A stretch of 64,000 nucleotides of DNA from the human T2T-CHM13v2.0 reference genome, Homo sapiens, in assembly GCF_009914755.1 (NCBI RefSeq), contig NC_060936.1. One strand, written 5' to 3'. The notes beneath the pieces are model-generated. The model was not told where the DNA came from and made no database searches. It saw only the letters and a list, made by a program, of their open reading frames with translations. Of the stretch, positions 48,098-62,700 are shown one piece after another (positions within the stretch are counted from its first letter, which is position 1; each line of letters begins with the position of its first letter). The translations under genes were made by a program, and so were the position numbers.

Positions 48098-48516
48098 TGT
48101 CAGGCCTCTGAGTCCAAGCCTGCATGTATGCATCCAGATGGCCTGAAGCAACTGAGGAACTGCAGGAGAGGGGAAAATAACCAATTCCTGCCTTGACTGA
48201 TGACATTCTACCATTGTGATTTGTTCCTGCCCCACCCTAACTGATCAATTGACTTTGTGAAATTCCTTCTCCTGGACAATGAGTATCAGAAGCTCCCCAC
48301 CGAGCACCTTGTAACCCCCGCCCCTGCCCGCCAGAGAAAAACCCCCTTTAACTGCAATTTTCCGCTACCTACCCAAATCCTATAAAACTGCCCCACCCCT
48401 ATCTTCCTTTGCTAACTCCTCTTTTGGACTCAGTCCACCTGCACCCAGGCGATTAAAAAGCTTTATTGCTCACACAAAGCCTGTTTGGTGGTCTCTTCCC
48501 ACGGACATGCGTGATA
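48098..48516 (+). promoter_or_regulatory. HERV-H 5' LTR (LTR7 class, LTR7C-like)
   Basis: tgtcaggcctctgag start; GC box ccccgcccc (48316-48324), TATAAAA (48381-48387), GT box ccccacccc (48391-48399), ATTAAA (48452-48457). Confidence 0.92.
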
Positions 48517-48518
48517 TT

Positions 48519-48537
48519 TGGTGCTGAAGACCCGAGA
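48519..48537 (+). promoter_or_regulatory. Primer-binding site, tRNA-Phe-like
   Basis: TGGTGCTGAAGACCCGAGA versus the tRNA-Phe complement TGGTGCCGAAACCCGGGA (two CpG transitions, one inserted G). Confidence 0.8.
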
Positions 48538-49025
48538 CAGGGGGCCTACTTCGGGAGACTGGTCCCCTGTCCTCACCCTCACTCCGTGAGGAGATCCACC
48601 TACTACCTTAGGTCCTCAGACCAACCAGCCCAAGGAACATCTCACCAATTTCAAATCGAGTAAGCGGTCTTCTCACTGTCTTCTCCAGCCTCTCTCGCTG
48701 CCCTTCAGTCTCCCTGTCCTTCCAATTCCAGTTCTTTTTCCTCTTTAGTAGAGACAAAAGAGACACATTTTATCCATGGATCCAAAACTCTGGCGCCGGT
48801 CACGGACTCGGGAAGACAGTCTTCCCTTGGTGTCTGATCATCGCGGGGACGCCTGCCCTGATCATTCACCCACATTCCATTGGTGTCTGATCATCACAGG
48901 GACGCCTGCCTTGGTCATTCACCCACATTCCCTTGGTGGCAAGTCAACTGCAGGGACGCCTGCTTTGGCTGCTCACCACCCCCTTCTCCGTGTCTACCTT
49001 TCTCTTTAAACTTACCTCCTTCACT

Positions 49026-50215
49026 ATGGGCAAACTTCCACCCTCCATTCCCCCTTCTTCTCCCTTAGCCTGTGTTCTCAAGAACTTAAAACCTCTTCAA
49101 TTCACACCTGACCTAACACCTAAATGCCTTATTTTCTTCTGCAATAGTGCTAGGCCCCAATACAAACTCGACAATGGTTCCAAGTGGCCAGAAAACGGCA
49201 CTTTTGATTTTTCCATCTTACAAGACCTGGATATTTTTTTGTCAAAAATAGGCAAATGGTCTGAGGTGTCTGATGTCCCGGGCATTCTTTACTACACATT
49301 GGTCCCTCCCTAGTCTCTGCTCCCAATGCGACTCGTCCCAAATCTTTCTTGTTTCTTTCCTGTCTGAGTCCTTTGAATCCTCCTTTTCTTCAGACCCATC
49401 TGACCTCTCCCCTCCTCCCCAGGCTGCTCCTCTCCAGGCTAAGCCAGGTCCCAATTCTTCCCCAGCCTCAGCTCCCCCACCCTATAATCCTTTTATCACC
49501 TCCCCTCCTCACACCCGGTCTGGCTTACGGTTTCGTTCCGTGACTAGCCCTCCCCCACCTGCCCAACAATTTCGTCTTAAAGAGGTGGCTGGAGCTGAAG
49601 GCATAGTCAAGGTTAATGCTCCTTTTCTTTATATGACCTCTCCCAAATCAGTTAGCGTTTAGGCTCTTTTTCATCAAATATAAAAACCCAGCCCAGTTCA
49701 TGGCCCATTTGGCAACAACCCTTAGACGCTTTACTGCCGTAGGGCCAGAGGGGCCAGAAGGCTGTCTTATTCTCAATATGCATTTTATTACCCAATCCGC
49801 TCCGGACATTAGAAAAAGCCCCCAAAATTAGATTCTGGCCCTCAAACCCCACAGTAGGACTTAATTAACCTCGCCTTCAAGGCGTACAATAATAGAGAAG
49901 AGGCAGCCAAGCAGCAATGTATTTCTGAGTTGCAATTACTTGCCTCCGCTGTGAGAGAAACCCCAGCCACATCTCCAGCACACAAGAACTTCAAAACGCC
50001 TAGACCGCAGCAGCCAGGATCTTGCTTCAAGTGCCAGAAATCTGGCCACTGGGCCAAGGAATGCCCGCAGCCCAGGATTCCTCCTAAGCCGTGTCCCATC
50101 TGTGTGGGACCCCACTGGAAATCAGACTGTCCAATTGGCCTGGCAGCCACTCCCAGAGCCCCTGGAACTCTGGCCCAAGGCTCTCTGACTCCTTCCCAGA
50201 TCTTCTCAGCTTAGT
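49026..50215 (+). pseudogene. gag: HERV-H gag remnant (MA, PPPY late domain, partial CA, two-finger NC)
   Basis: MGKLPPSIPPSSPLACVL...KWPENGTFDF; PPPYNP; [14 protein letters not shown] and [13 protein letters not shown]; frameshifted. Confidence 0.92.
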
Positions 50216-50415
50216 GGCTGAAGACTGACACTGCCAATCACCTTGGAAGCCTCCTGGACCATCACAGACGCTTTGGGTAACTCGTACAGTGGAGGGTAAG
50301 TCCGTTTGCTTCTTAATCAATAGGGAGGCTACCCACTCCACATTAACTTCTTTTCGAGGGCCTGCTTCCCTTGCCTCCATAACTGTTGTAAGTATTGATG
50401 GCCAGGCTTCTAAAC

Positions 50416-50819
50416 GGTTGGGAAAAAGCTGAGTGTTGGGAGGGAAACTGAGGCAGGGCTTGCATAATGTCCTCTGGAATGTGTCTAGACTTGCTGGCTC
50501 CTTGCTTCTAGGCTTCCTAGGCTCCTATTCCCATTATCTCAAGTAGCAGAACATGTTCCATATAAATGCTAAACCATCACAGCTGTAAATCATGTGCTTA
50601 ATACAACGCATCCTTTTGACCTCCACATTCTCACCACCTGTTTCTTTGTTGGATTACCAATAAATAGCGTGGGCTCCCAGAGCTCAGGGCCTTCGCAGCC
50701 TCTGTGATGGCGATGGACCTCGGTGTCCCACCTCTCTCTCTCAAACTTTTTCTCATTCCTTTGACTCCGCCGGACTTTGTCACCCCCACGACCTGGTGTT
50801 GGGTCTGATCACCCCAACA
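50416..50819 (+). mobile_element. Solo LTR, LTR14 (HERV-K14/HML-1)-like, inside the HERV-H protease region
   Basis: (g)gttgggaaaaagctgagtgttggg...atcaccccaaca with inverted termini; TATAAAT (50561-50567), AATAAA (50659-50664); TSD taaac (50411-50415 / 50820-50824). Confidence 0.85.
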
Positions 50820-52783
50820 TAAACCTCTTAAAACTCCCCAACTCTGGTGCCAACTTGGACAACATTCTTTTATACACTGCTTTTTAGTTCCCCCCTGCCC
50901 AGCTCCCTTACTAGGTCGAGATATTTTACCTAAATTATCTGCTTCCCTGACTATTCCTGGGCTACAGCCACACCTCTTTGCTGCCCTTTTCTCCAGTTCA
51001 AAGCCTCCTTCGCATCCTCCCCTTGTGTCTCCCTACCTTAATCCACAAGTATGGGATACCTCTACTCCCTCCTTGGTGACCGATCATGCACCCCTTACCA
51101 TCCCGTTAAAGCCCAATCACCCTTACCCTGCTCAATGCCAGTATCCCATCCCACAACAGGCTTTGAGGGGACTAAAGCCTGTTATCACTTGCCTGTTATG
51201 GCATGGCCTTTTAAAGCCTACAGACTCTCCTTCCAACTCTCCTATCCTACCTGTCCTAAAACCGGACAAGTCTTACAGGCTGGTCCAGGATCTTCACCTT
51301 ATCAACCAAACTGTCTTGTGTATCCACCCTGTGGTGCCAAACCTGTGTATTTTCCTATCCTCAATACCTCCCTCCACAACCCATTATTCTGTTCTGGATC
51401 TCAAAGATGCTTTCTTTACTATTCCTTTGCACCCTGCATTCCAGCCTCTCTTCGCTTTCACTTGGACTGACCCTGACACCCATCAGTCTCAGCAACTTAC
51501 CTGGGCTGTACTGCCACAAGGCTTCAGGGGCAGCCCCAATTATTTCAGTCAAGTCCTTTCTCTTTCCGTCCATCTGCTTCTCACCTTATTCAATGTTTTG
51601 ATGACCTTCTACTTTATAGCCCCTCCTATGAATCCTCCCAACAGGACACACTCGTGCTCCTCCAACATCTATTCTCAAAGGATATCATGTATCCCCCTCC
51701 AAAGCCCACATTTCTTATCTGTTACCTATCTCGGCATAATTCTTCATAAAAACACATGTGCTCTCTCTGCTGATCATGTCCGGCTAATCTTCCAAACCCC
51801 AACCCCTTCTACGAAGCAACGACTCCTTTTATTCTTAGGCATTGTTGGATTTCTGACTCTGGATACCAGGCTTTGCTATCCTAACCAAACCACTTTACAA
51901 GCTCATAAAGGGTAACTTAACTGATCCCATAGACCCTAAGTCTTTTCCCCATTCTTCCTTTCACTCTCTCAAAAAGGCCCTAGAGAGAGCTCCCACACTA
52001 GCACTCCCCGACTCATCCCATCCTTTTTCCTTACATGCAGCTGAAATATAAGGCTGTGGTGCTGGAGTCCCCACACAGGAGCCAGGCCCACAACTGCTGC
52101 CTTTCTATCAAAACAACTTGAACTCACAGTTCTGGGCTGGCTCTCATGTCTGCATGTGGCAGCAGCCGCCATTTTAATATTTCTAGAAGCCTTCAAAACC
52201 ACAAGCTATGCTCTACTTAACCTTTACAGTTCTCACAACCTTCAAGCATTAATATCCTCCTCACACCTTTCATGTTTATTGTCTGCCCCTTGACTCCTCC
52301 AGCTCTATTCACTCTTTGTTGAAACTCCAACAGTAACTATTACCCATAGGCCTAATTTCAACCCAGCTTCTCACTTAGCACCCAAAACAAGTCCTGAACC
52401 ACATGACTGTGTTTCCCCAGTACACACAGCATTTTCCCCCTTTCCTCATATTTTTATTCTTCCAATTCCAAACCCAGACCACACTTGGTTTATCGATGGC
52501 AGTTCTTCTAAACCCAATCAATTTTCACCAGCTAAAGCTGGATATGCTGTCGTGTCCCACACCTCTATTATTGAAACTGCTGCACTTCCTCCCTCCACCA
52601 CTTCCTAACAAGCCGAACTGATTGCTTTAACTCAAGTGCTCTCTCTCTCTCGCTAAAGGAATGCACATTAACATTTATACTGACTCCAAATATGCTTTCC
52701 ACATCCTTCATAACCATGCTGCCATCTGGGCTGAAAGAGTCTTCTTTACCACACAAGGCTCTTCCATTATCAATGCCTCCCTA

Positions 52784-54667
<1,884 letters not shown>

Positions 54668-54730
54668 AAAAGGAAATGCCTATGCCGACAGGACAGCAAA
54701 AGAAATAGCCAATGCCACCACACCCACTAA

Positions 54731-55143
<413 letters not shown>

Positions 55144-55755
55144 GGCTCAAGTGGTTCTTAAATCATGGAAAATTCATTCTTCCTGCCTCACAAGCTCAGT
55201 CCATTCTTTCTTCCCTTCGTGACCACTTCCATGTGGGATACAAGCCTTTGGCTTGCCTCCTGCAGCCCCTCATCTCCTTTCCTTTATGGAAATCCATTCT
55301 TAAGACCATAACCTCTCAATGCTCTATCTGCTATGCCACCAGGCTTTCTCAGATCTCCTCCTTTTCCTATGCATCAAGCTCATGGATTACTCCAACACAA
55401 GATTGGCAGATTGACTTTACTCAATATGCCCCGTGTCCATAAATTTAAATATCTCCTGGTTTGGATCGACACCTTCACTGGATGGGTCGAGGCCTTTCCC
55501 AGTAGCTCCAAAAAGGCAACTGCAGTCATTTCTTCCCTTCTAAAAGATGTAATTCCCCGATTTGGCCTCCCCACTTCTATTCAATCTGCAGTGGTCCAGC
55601 TTTTATTAGTTAAATCACCCAAGCCATCTCTCAGGCTCCTGGTATTCAATGGAAACTTCATACCCCTTACCGTCCTCATTCTTCAGGAAAGGTAGAACGG
55701 ACTAATGGTCTTTTAAAAACACACCTCACCAAGCTCAACCTCCAACTTAAAAAGG

Positions 55756-56100
55756 AGGACTCTGTATATTTTAAATGAAGAGTGTTGTTTTTACCTAAAT
55801 CAACCTGGCCTGGTATATAACAACATAAAAAAACTCAAGGATAGAGCCCCAAACCTCTCCAACCAAGCAGATCATTACACTGAACTCCCTTGTGCACTCT
55901 CTAATTGGATGTCCTGACTCCTCCCAATTCTTAGTCCTCTAATACCTGTTTTTCTCCTTCTCTTATTCGGACCTTGTGTCTTCCATTTAGTTTCTCAATT
56001 CATACAAAACTGCATCCAGGCCATCACCAATCATCCTATACGACAAATACTCCTTCTAACAACCCCACAATATCACCCCTTGTCCCCAATTCTTTCTTCA
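55756..56100 (+). pseudogene. env: HERV-H env TM C-terminal remnant
   Basis: FYLNQPGLVYNNIKKLKDRA..., a hydrophobic LPILSPLIPVFLLLLFGPCVF stretch, QNCIQAITN. Confidence 0.85.
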
Positions 56101-56268
56101 GTTTAATCTCTCCTACTCTAGGTTCCCATGCCGCCCCTAATCCCACTCAAAGCAGCCCTGAGAAACATCGCCCATTATCTCTCCATACCACCCCCCAAAC
56201 ATTTTCACTACCCCAGCACTGCACCACTATTTTGTTTTGTTTTTCTTGTTAATATAAGAAGACAGGAA

Positions 56269-56687
56269 TGTCACGCCTCTGAGCCCAAGTCTGCACATAT
56301 GCATCCAGATGTCCTGGAGCAACTGAGGAACCACAGGAGAGGTGAAAATAGCCAGTTCCTGCCTTGACGGATGACATTCCACCATTGTGGTTTGTTCCTG
56401 CCCCACCCTAACTGATCAATTGACCTTGTGAAATTCCTTCTCCTGGACAATGAGTATCAGAAGCTCCCTACCAAGCAACTTGTAACCCCTGCCCCTGCCC
56501 ACAAGAGAAAAAACCCCTTTAACTGCAATTTTCCACTACCTACCCAAATCCTATAAAACTGCCCCACCCCTATCTTCCTTTGCTGACTCCTTTTTCGGAC
56601 CCAGTCCACCAGCACCCAGGAGACTAAAAAGCTTTATTGCTCACACAAAGTCTATTTGGTGGTCTCTTCACACGGACGTGCTTGACA
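56269..56687 (+). promoter_or_regulatory. HERV-H 3' LTR, preceded by polypurine tract aagaagacaggaa (56256-56268)
   Basis: TG...CA termini, colinear with the 5' LTR; about 37 substitutions by eye. Confidence 0.93.
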
Positions 56688-56769
56688 AACTTTACATCCA
56701 CTCTCTTAGCATTTTTCAATAATATAATATGTTCACTATGTTCCCCATGTTGTACAATATATCTCTTGA

Positions 56770-58516
56770 GGGGTGGGGCTAAAATAGCCAACTAGAAGTA
56801 GCAGCTATTGGAGGCTTCCATCAAAAAGAACCAAAACACCTGTAATCCCAGCATTTTAGGAGGCCAAGTGGGGCAGATCACGAGGTCAGGAGATCGAGAC
56901 CATCCTAGCTAACACGGTGAAACCCTGTCTCTACTAAAAATACAAAAAAATTAGCCTGGCGTGGTGGCGGGCGCCTGTAGTCCCAGCTACTCTGGGAGGC
57001 TGAGGCAGGAGAATGGCGTGAACCCTGGAGGCGGGGCTTGCAGTGAGCTGAGATCACGCCACTGCACTCTAGCCTGGGCGACAGAGCGAGACTCCATCTC
57101 AAAAATAAAAATTAAAAATAAAAAAAATAAAGAGAACCAAAACAGCCTGAGAATCCTGCACTGGCAACCAGAGTATCCAGGTTCTGTCTTCAGGACTGAT
57201 CAGGCAGCTGGCGTGACCCACGGAGAGGAAGGAAGAGCAGTGTGTTGGGCTGGCCCACCTGAGAGCCACACGGGGCAGGGGAGTGGCCACCTCCCACCAA
57301 GGGAGGCAATGAGTGAGTGCACTACCCAGTCTGGGAAACTGCTTTTTCCATGGAATTGTGCAACCCAGGGATGGGAACATCCCACTCCTGAGCCCACACC
57401 ACTGGGGCCTAGGGGCCCAACTACAGAGTCATGTAGATTCTCAACAGCCACTCACGAGTGCCTAAGCCTGGTGAGTCTAAGCTGCAGCTGCCTGCGGTCT
57501 AAGCCCTCTGAGCTCCTTGGGAAGGAGCAGGAGCCAACACTGGGACTACTAGCTGCCTAACACACTAAGCTCCCAGGGTGGGGGAAGGGCAGCAGCCATC
57601 TTTATAGCTCGGGGCTACCTTTTCCCCTGCTAGAGGCAGGGAGGCCGGATGGCTTGGCACCAAGAGGTATCCCCCACAGCCCAACACACCGCTGTGGCAG
57701 ACTGCTGCCAGAGTGCCTCTTCAGGTCTGACCCTGACCCATCCCTCCTCACTGGGTGGGGCAGGAACTCTAGCAACTCCAGCCAGGGGTTCAGGGACAGA
57801 ACTCTGATCTCCATAGGCCTGAGCCCTTAGGGAGAGGGGTGGCTGCAGTCTCCATGGACCAGCAGACTTAGTCTTTCCTCCTCCTAGTTCTGAGGAATCC
57901 AGGCAGCCCAGATGAGGGGGTTTCCTCCCAGTGCAGCAAACCCCCTCCACCAAGGGACAGCCAAAGTGCTTCGTTAAATGGGTCCTGCTCCCAGTGCCAC
58001 TTAACTGGGTGAGACCCTCCAACAGGGGTTGTCAGACACCCTATACAGTAGCATTCCTACTGGCATTAGGTTGGTGACCCTCGAGATCAGAGATCCCAGA
58101 GAAAGGAGTAGGCACCCATCTTTGCTGTTCTCCAGCCTCTTCAAGGTGACATCTCCAGGCATGGGAGTGAACCAGATGAATAGGGCCTGAAGTGAACTCC
58201 CAGAAAACCGCAGGATCCCTACAGAAGAGGGACCTGACTATTGAAAGAAAAACAAACAAACAGAAAACAACAACAGCAGCATCAACAAAAGAAGTCCCCA
58301 CACAGACCCTCTTCCAAGGGTTAGCAGCCTCAAAGACCTAAACTAGATGAACTCATGATGATGAGAAAGAATCGATGAAAAAATGCTGAAAACTCAAAAG
58401 GGCAGAGTGTCTCTTCTCCTCCTAATGATCACAATGGCTCTCCAGCAAGGGCACAGAACTGGACGGAGGTTGAGATGGATAAATTGACAGAAGCAGGCTT
58501 CAGAAAGTGAGTACTA
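56770..58516 (+). mobile_element. Older primate L1 (L1PA13-16/L1PB-like) 5'UTR plus first ~52 ORF1 codons, 3'-truncated
   Basis: Starts ggggtggggctaaaatagccaactagaag; ORF1 ATG at 58361 (MRKN..KNAENSKGQSVSSPPNDHNGSPARAQNWTE...); 16-bp TSD. Confidence 0.85.
56839..57131 (+). mobile_element. AluY (slightly 5'-truncated) inside the L1 5'UTR
   Basis: AluY diagnostics; TSD agaaccaaaaca on both sides. Confidence 0.93.
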
Positions 58517-59750
58517 ACAATATATATCTTGAACTTATTCTTTCTATTAATATCTAACTGAAATTTTGTGTTCTTCGATCAACATATCACCAACCTCTCT
58601 CCCCAAATAATCCCATGCCCTGGTAACAACTATTCTACCATCTAATTCTTTGAGATCAACTTTTTTAGATTCAAAATATGAGTAATATCATGTGGCATTT
58701 ATCTTTCAGTGCCTGGCTTATTTCACTTAACATAGTGTCCTCCAGTCTGATTCAAGTTCCTGTGAATGACAGCATCTCATTCTTTTCTATGGCTGAATAG
58801 TATTCCATCATATACATATCACATTTTCTGTGTCCATTTATCTGTTGATGGACACTGAAGTTGTTTACGTATCTTAGCTAATGTGAATAATAGCACTGCC
58901 ATAAACATGGACATGGAGATATCTCTTCAACATCCTCATTTCTTTTACCTCAAATTTATACTAAGTAGCAGGATTACTGAACCATATGGTAGTGCTATTT
59001 TTATTTCTTTTTAGGAATCTTGATACTGTTTCCCATAATGCCTGTACTAATTTATATTTCCACCAACAATTTGTGAGGGTTCCATTTTTTTCCTATCCTT
59101 ACCAATTCTTGTTTTTGTTTATTTGATTATAGCTATTCTGACAGGTGCAAGGTGATATCCAATTGTGGTTTTAATTTGCATTGGCTGGTTGATTAGTGAT
59201 GTTAAACATTTTTTATATATCTGTCTGTCATTTGCATGTCTTCTTTTGACAAATGTCTATTCAGGTCATTTGCCCATTTTTAAGTTGGGTTATTTATTGT
59301 CTTGCTATTGTTTGTATTTTATATGTATTTTGGATATTAACTACTTATCAGATATATAGTTTTCAAGTGTATTCTTATGTAGGTTTTCTCTTCACTCTGT
59401 TGATCGTTTCCTTTGATGTGCAGAAGCTTTTTAACTTGATGCAATCCCATTTGTCTATTTTTGTTTTTGTATCCTGTGCTTTTGGAGTCATATTCAAGAA
59501 GTCATTTCCCAGACCAATGTCATAAAGCTTTTCCCCTATGTTTTCTTCTAGTAGTTTTATAGTTTTGGGTCTTATGTTTAACTTTTTAATCAATTTTGAG
59601 TTAAATTCTGCGTATGGTGTGAGGTAAGAATCCAGTTTTATTCTTCTGCATGTGGATATTCAGTTGTCTCAAGATTATCCTGTCTTCATTGTGTGCTTTG
59701 AGCATAAAGTCTAAACTCAGCAAAAACTCTGGCTGAGAAATTGAATGACA

Positions 59751-62700
59751 TTCAGCCAGAGGATATAACAATTGTACATATATATGCACCTAACAATAGG
59801 TACCCAGATATATAAAGCAAATGTTATTAAATCTAAAGGGAGAGATAGATCCCAGTACAATGATTGGTGTCTTCAATACTCGAATCAGCACTGGACAGAC
59901 TGTATAGACAGAAAATCAATAAATATTTTATTTAAACTTCAGCACATATCAAATTAACCTAACAGACATTTACAGAACATTTCATCCAACAAATGCACAA
60001 TATACAGTCTTCTTTTCAGGACATGGAATATTATTTGGAATAGACCATATGTTAGGGCACAAAACAAATCATAACAAATTTTTGTAAAAATTTAAATCAT
60101 ATACAGTATGTTTTCTGACCGCAGTGGTATAAAACTAAAAATCAATAACAATAGAAATTTTGGAAACTGTGTAAGTACATAGAAATTAAACAAAATGTTC
60201 CCAAATGACCAATACACTCATGATGAAATTAAGTAGGAAATTTAAAATATTCTTGAAACCAAAATAAAAACAGAACATAACAAAACTTATGCAGCTAAAG
60301 CAATACTAAGTGAAGTTTATATAAAAACACACATATCAAAAAATGGAAACTTTTAAATTAAAAACCTAACAATGTACCTCATGCAACTAGAAAAGCAAGA
60401 GCAAACCAAACCCAAAATTAGTAGAAGAAAATAAATAATAAAGACCAGAGCAGAAAGAAACAGAATAGCTACAAAAAACCCCCACAAAAACAGCCAAACA
60501 AAAAATTGGTTTTTGAAAAGACAAGCAAAATCTGCAAACTATTAGCTAAACTAAGTAAGATAAAAAAAAGAGATGGCTCAGGTCAATAAAATTAGAAACA
60601 AAAAAGGAGACATTACAACTGGTACCGTAGAAAGAGAAGGGATCATTAGATGCCTTTATGAACAACTGTACATCAACAAATTGAACAAATCTAGAGTAAG
60701 CAGATGAAATCCTAGACACATACAAGCAAGATTGAACCAAGAAGAACTAACAAAAATGAATGGACCATAACCAGTGACAAGACGGAATCAAGTAATAAAG
60801 AAGTCTCGTAACAAAGAAGAGCCCACAATTAGATGGCATTGCTCTGAATTCTAACAAAATTATGAAGAACTAACACCAATTATTTTAAAAGACTGCAAAA
60901 TAATAAAGGGGAGGGAATTCTTTCATATTCATTTTACAAGGCCAGCAGTACTCTGGTAGTAAAACCACACAAGGACACAACAAAATAAAAAAAACTACAG
61001 GCCAGCATCCCTGAGGAACATAAACACAAAAATCTTCAACTACATATTAGCAAACTGAATCCAACAGCACATTAACAAATTACACACCACGACAAAGTGA
61101 GATTTATCCCAGGATGTAAGGATGGTTCAATATATACACAAATCAGCAAATGTGATACAACACATCAACAGAATGGAAGACAAAAACCATATTGTCGTCT
61201 TAATAGATGCAGAAAAAACACTTGATAAAATCCAACATGACTTTATGATAAAAATATTCAACAAATTAGTTATAGAAGGAATGTGCCTCAATACAATAAA
61301 AGTCATATATGAAAAACATATAGATACCATCATACTGAACAGAGAAAAGTTGAAAGCTTTTCTTCTAAGAAAAAGAAAAAAGACAAGGATGCCCACTTTC
61401 ACCACTCATATTCAACATAATATTAGAAATTCTAGCCAGAGCAATTAAGAAAGAGAAAGAAATATAGGGCATCTAAACTGTAAAGGACAAAGTCAGTTTG
61501 TCACCGTTTTGCACACAACATGAACTTATGTATAAAAACTGCTAAAGGCTACCCAAAAATCTCTGTTAGAACTGATAAATAAATGTAGTAAAGTTGTGGG
61601 ATACAAAATCAACATACAAAAATTAGTGGCATTTCTACACACCAGTATTGGATATCTAAAAAAGAAATCAACAAAGCAATTCCCTTTTCAGTAGCTAGGA
61701 AAAATAAAACACCTAGAAATAAATGTAATGGAGGTGAAAAATCCCTATGTTGAAAATTACAAAACACTGATGAAAAAAAGATGGAAAAGGACACACAAAA
61801 AATAAAGACATCTGATGTTCATGAATTGAAAGAATTAACATTGTTAAAATGACTATACTACCCAAAGTAATCCACAAATTCAATGCACTGTCAATCTAAT
61901 TACCAATGCCATTCTTCATGGAAATAAAAAAAACCTAAAATTTCTATAAAACCACCAAACATCCCAAATAGCTAAAGCAATTCTGAGCAAAAAGAACAAA
62001 GCTCCATCATCACGGTATCCAACTTCAAAATATACAACAATGCTATAGTAACCAAAACAGCATGGCACTCACTGAAAAACAGACACCTAAACAAATGGAA
62101 CAAAATTGAGAACCCAGAAATAAATCTACATGTTTACAACCAACTGATTTTTGACAAAGATGACAAAAACATACATTGGGGAAAGGATTGTGTCTTCGAT
62201 AAATGGTACTGATAAAACTAGATATCCCTATGTCAAAAAGTAAAACTAAGCCTATATTTCTTATCAAATACAAAAATCAATTCAAAATATGTTGAATATT
62301 TAAATGTAATACCTGAAACTACAAACCTACTCCATGAAAACAGGTGAAATGCTTAAGGACATTGATCTGAGCAATTTTTTTTTATAAGATCTCAAAAGCA
62401 TAGGCAACAAAAGCAAAAATAAACAGCATTATACCAAACTAAAAAGCTTCTGCACAGCACAGGAAAAAAAAGTTAGCAAAGTGAAGAGACACCTGCAGCA
62501 TGGGAGAAAATATTTGCAATTTATTAGACACAGGATTATTATTCAGAATATATAAGGGACTCCAACAACTCAACAGCATAAATATTTTAAATTGACAATA
62601 AAAAAAGTAATTTTTAAATTGACAAACTGAATAGACATTTCTCAAAAGAGTACATGCAAATGATCAATAAGGATATAAAAATGTTTATTTTTATATGCAA

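Noticed and set aside
48829-48965. Repeated ttggtgtctgatca / gggacgcctgc / cattcacccacattcc units as a CRISPR-like or novel array
   Set aside because: These are the tandem repeats of the HERV-H leader region, with no unique spacers or cas genes.
51025-51915. 296-aa ORF as a functional HERV-H reverse transcriptase
   Set aside because: It frameshifts before the catalytic motif, which is itself degraded to CFDD, and stops and inserts follow.
56961-57560. 199-aa ORF as a novel protein
   Set aside because: It is a chance read-through from AluY into the L1 5'UTR and begins at a GTG inside the Alu.
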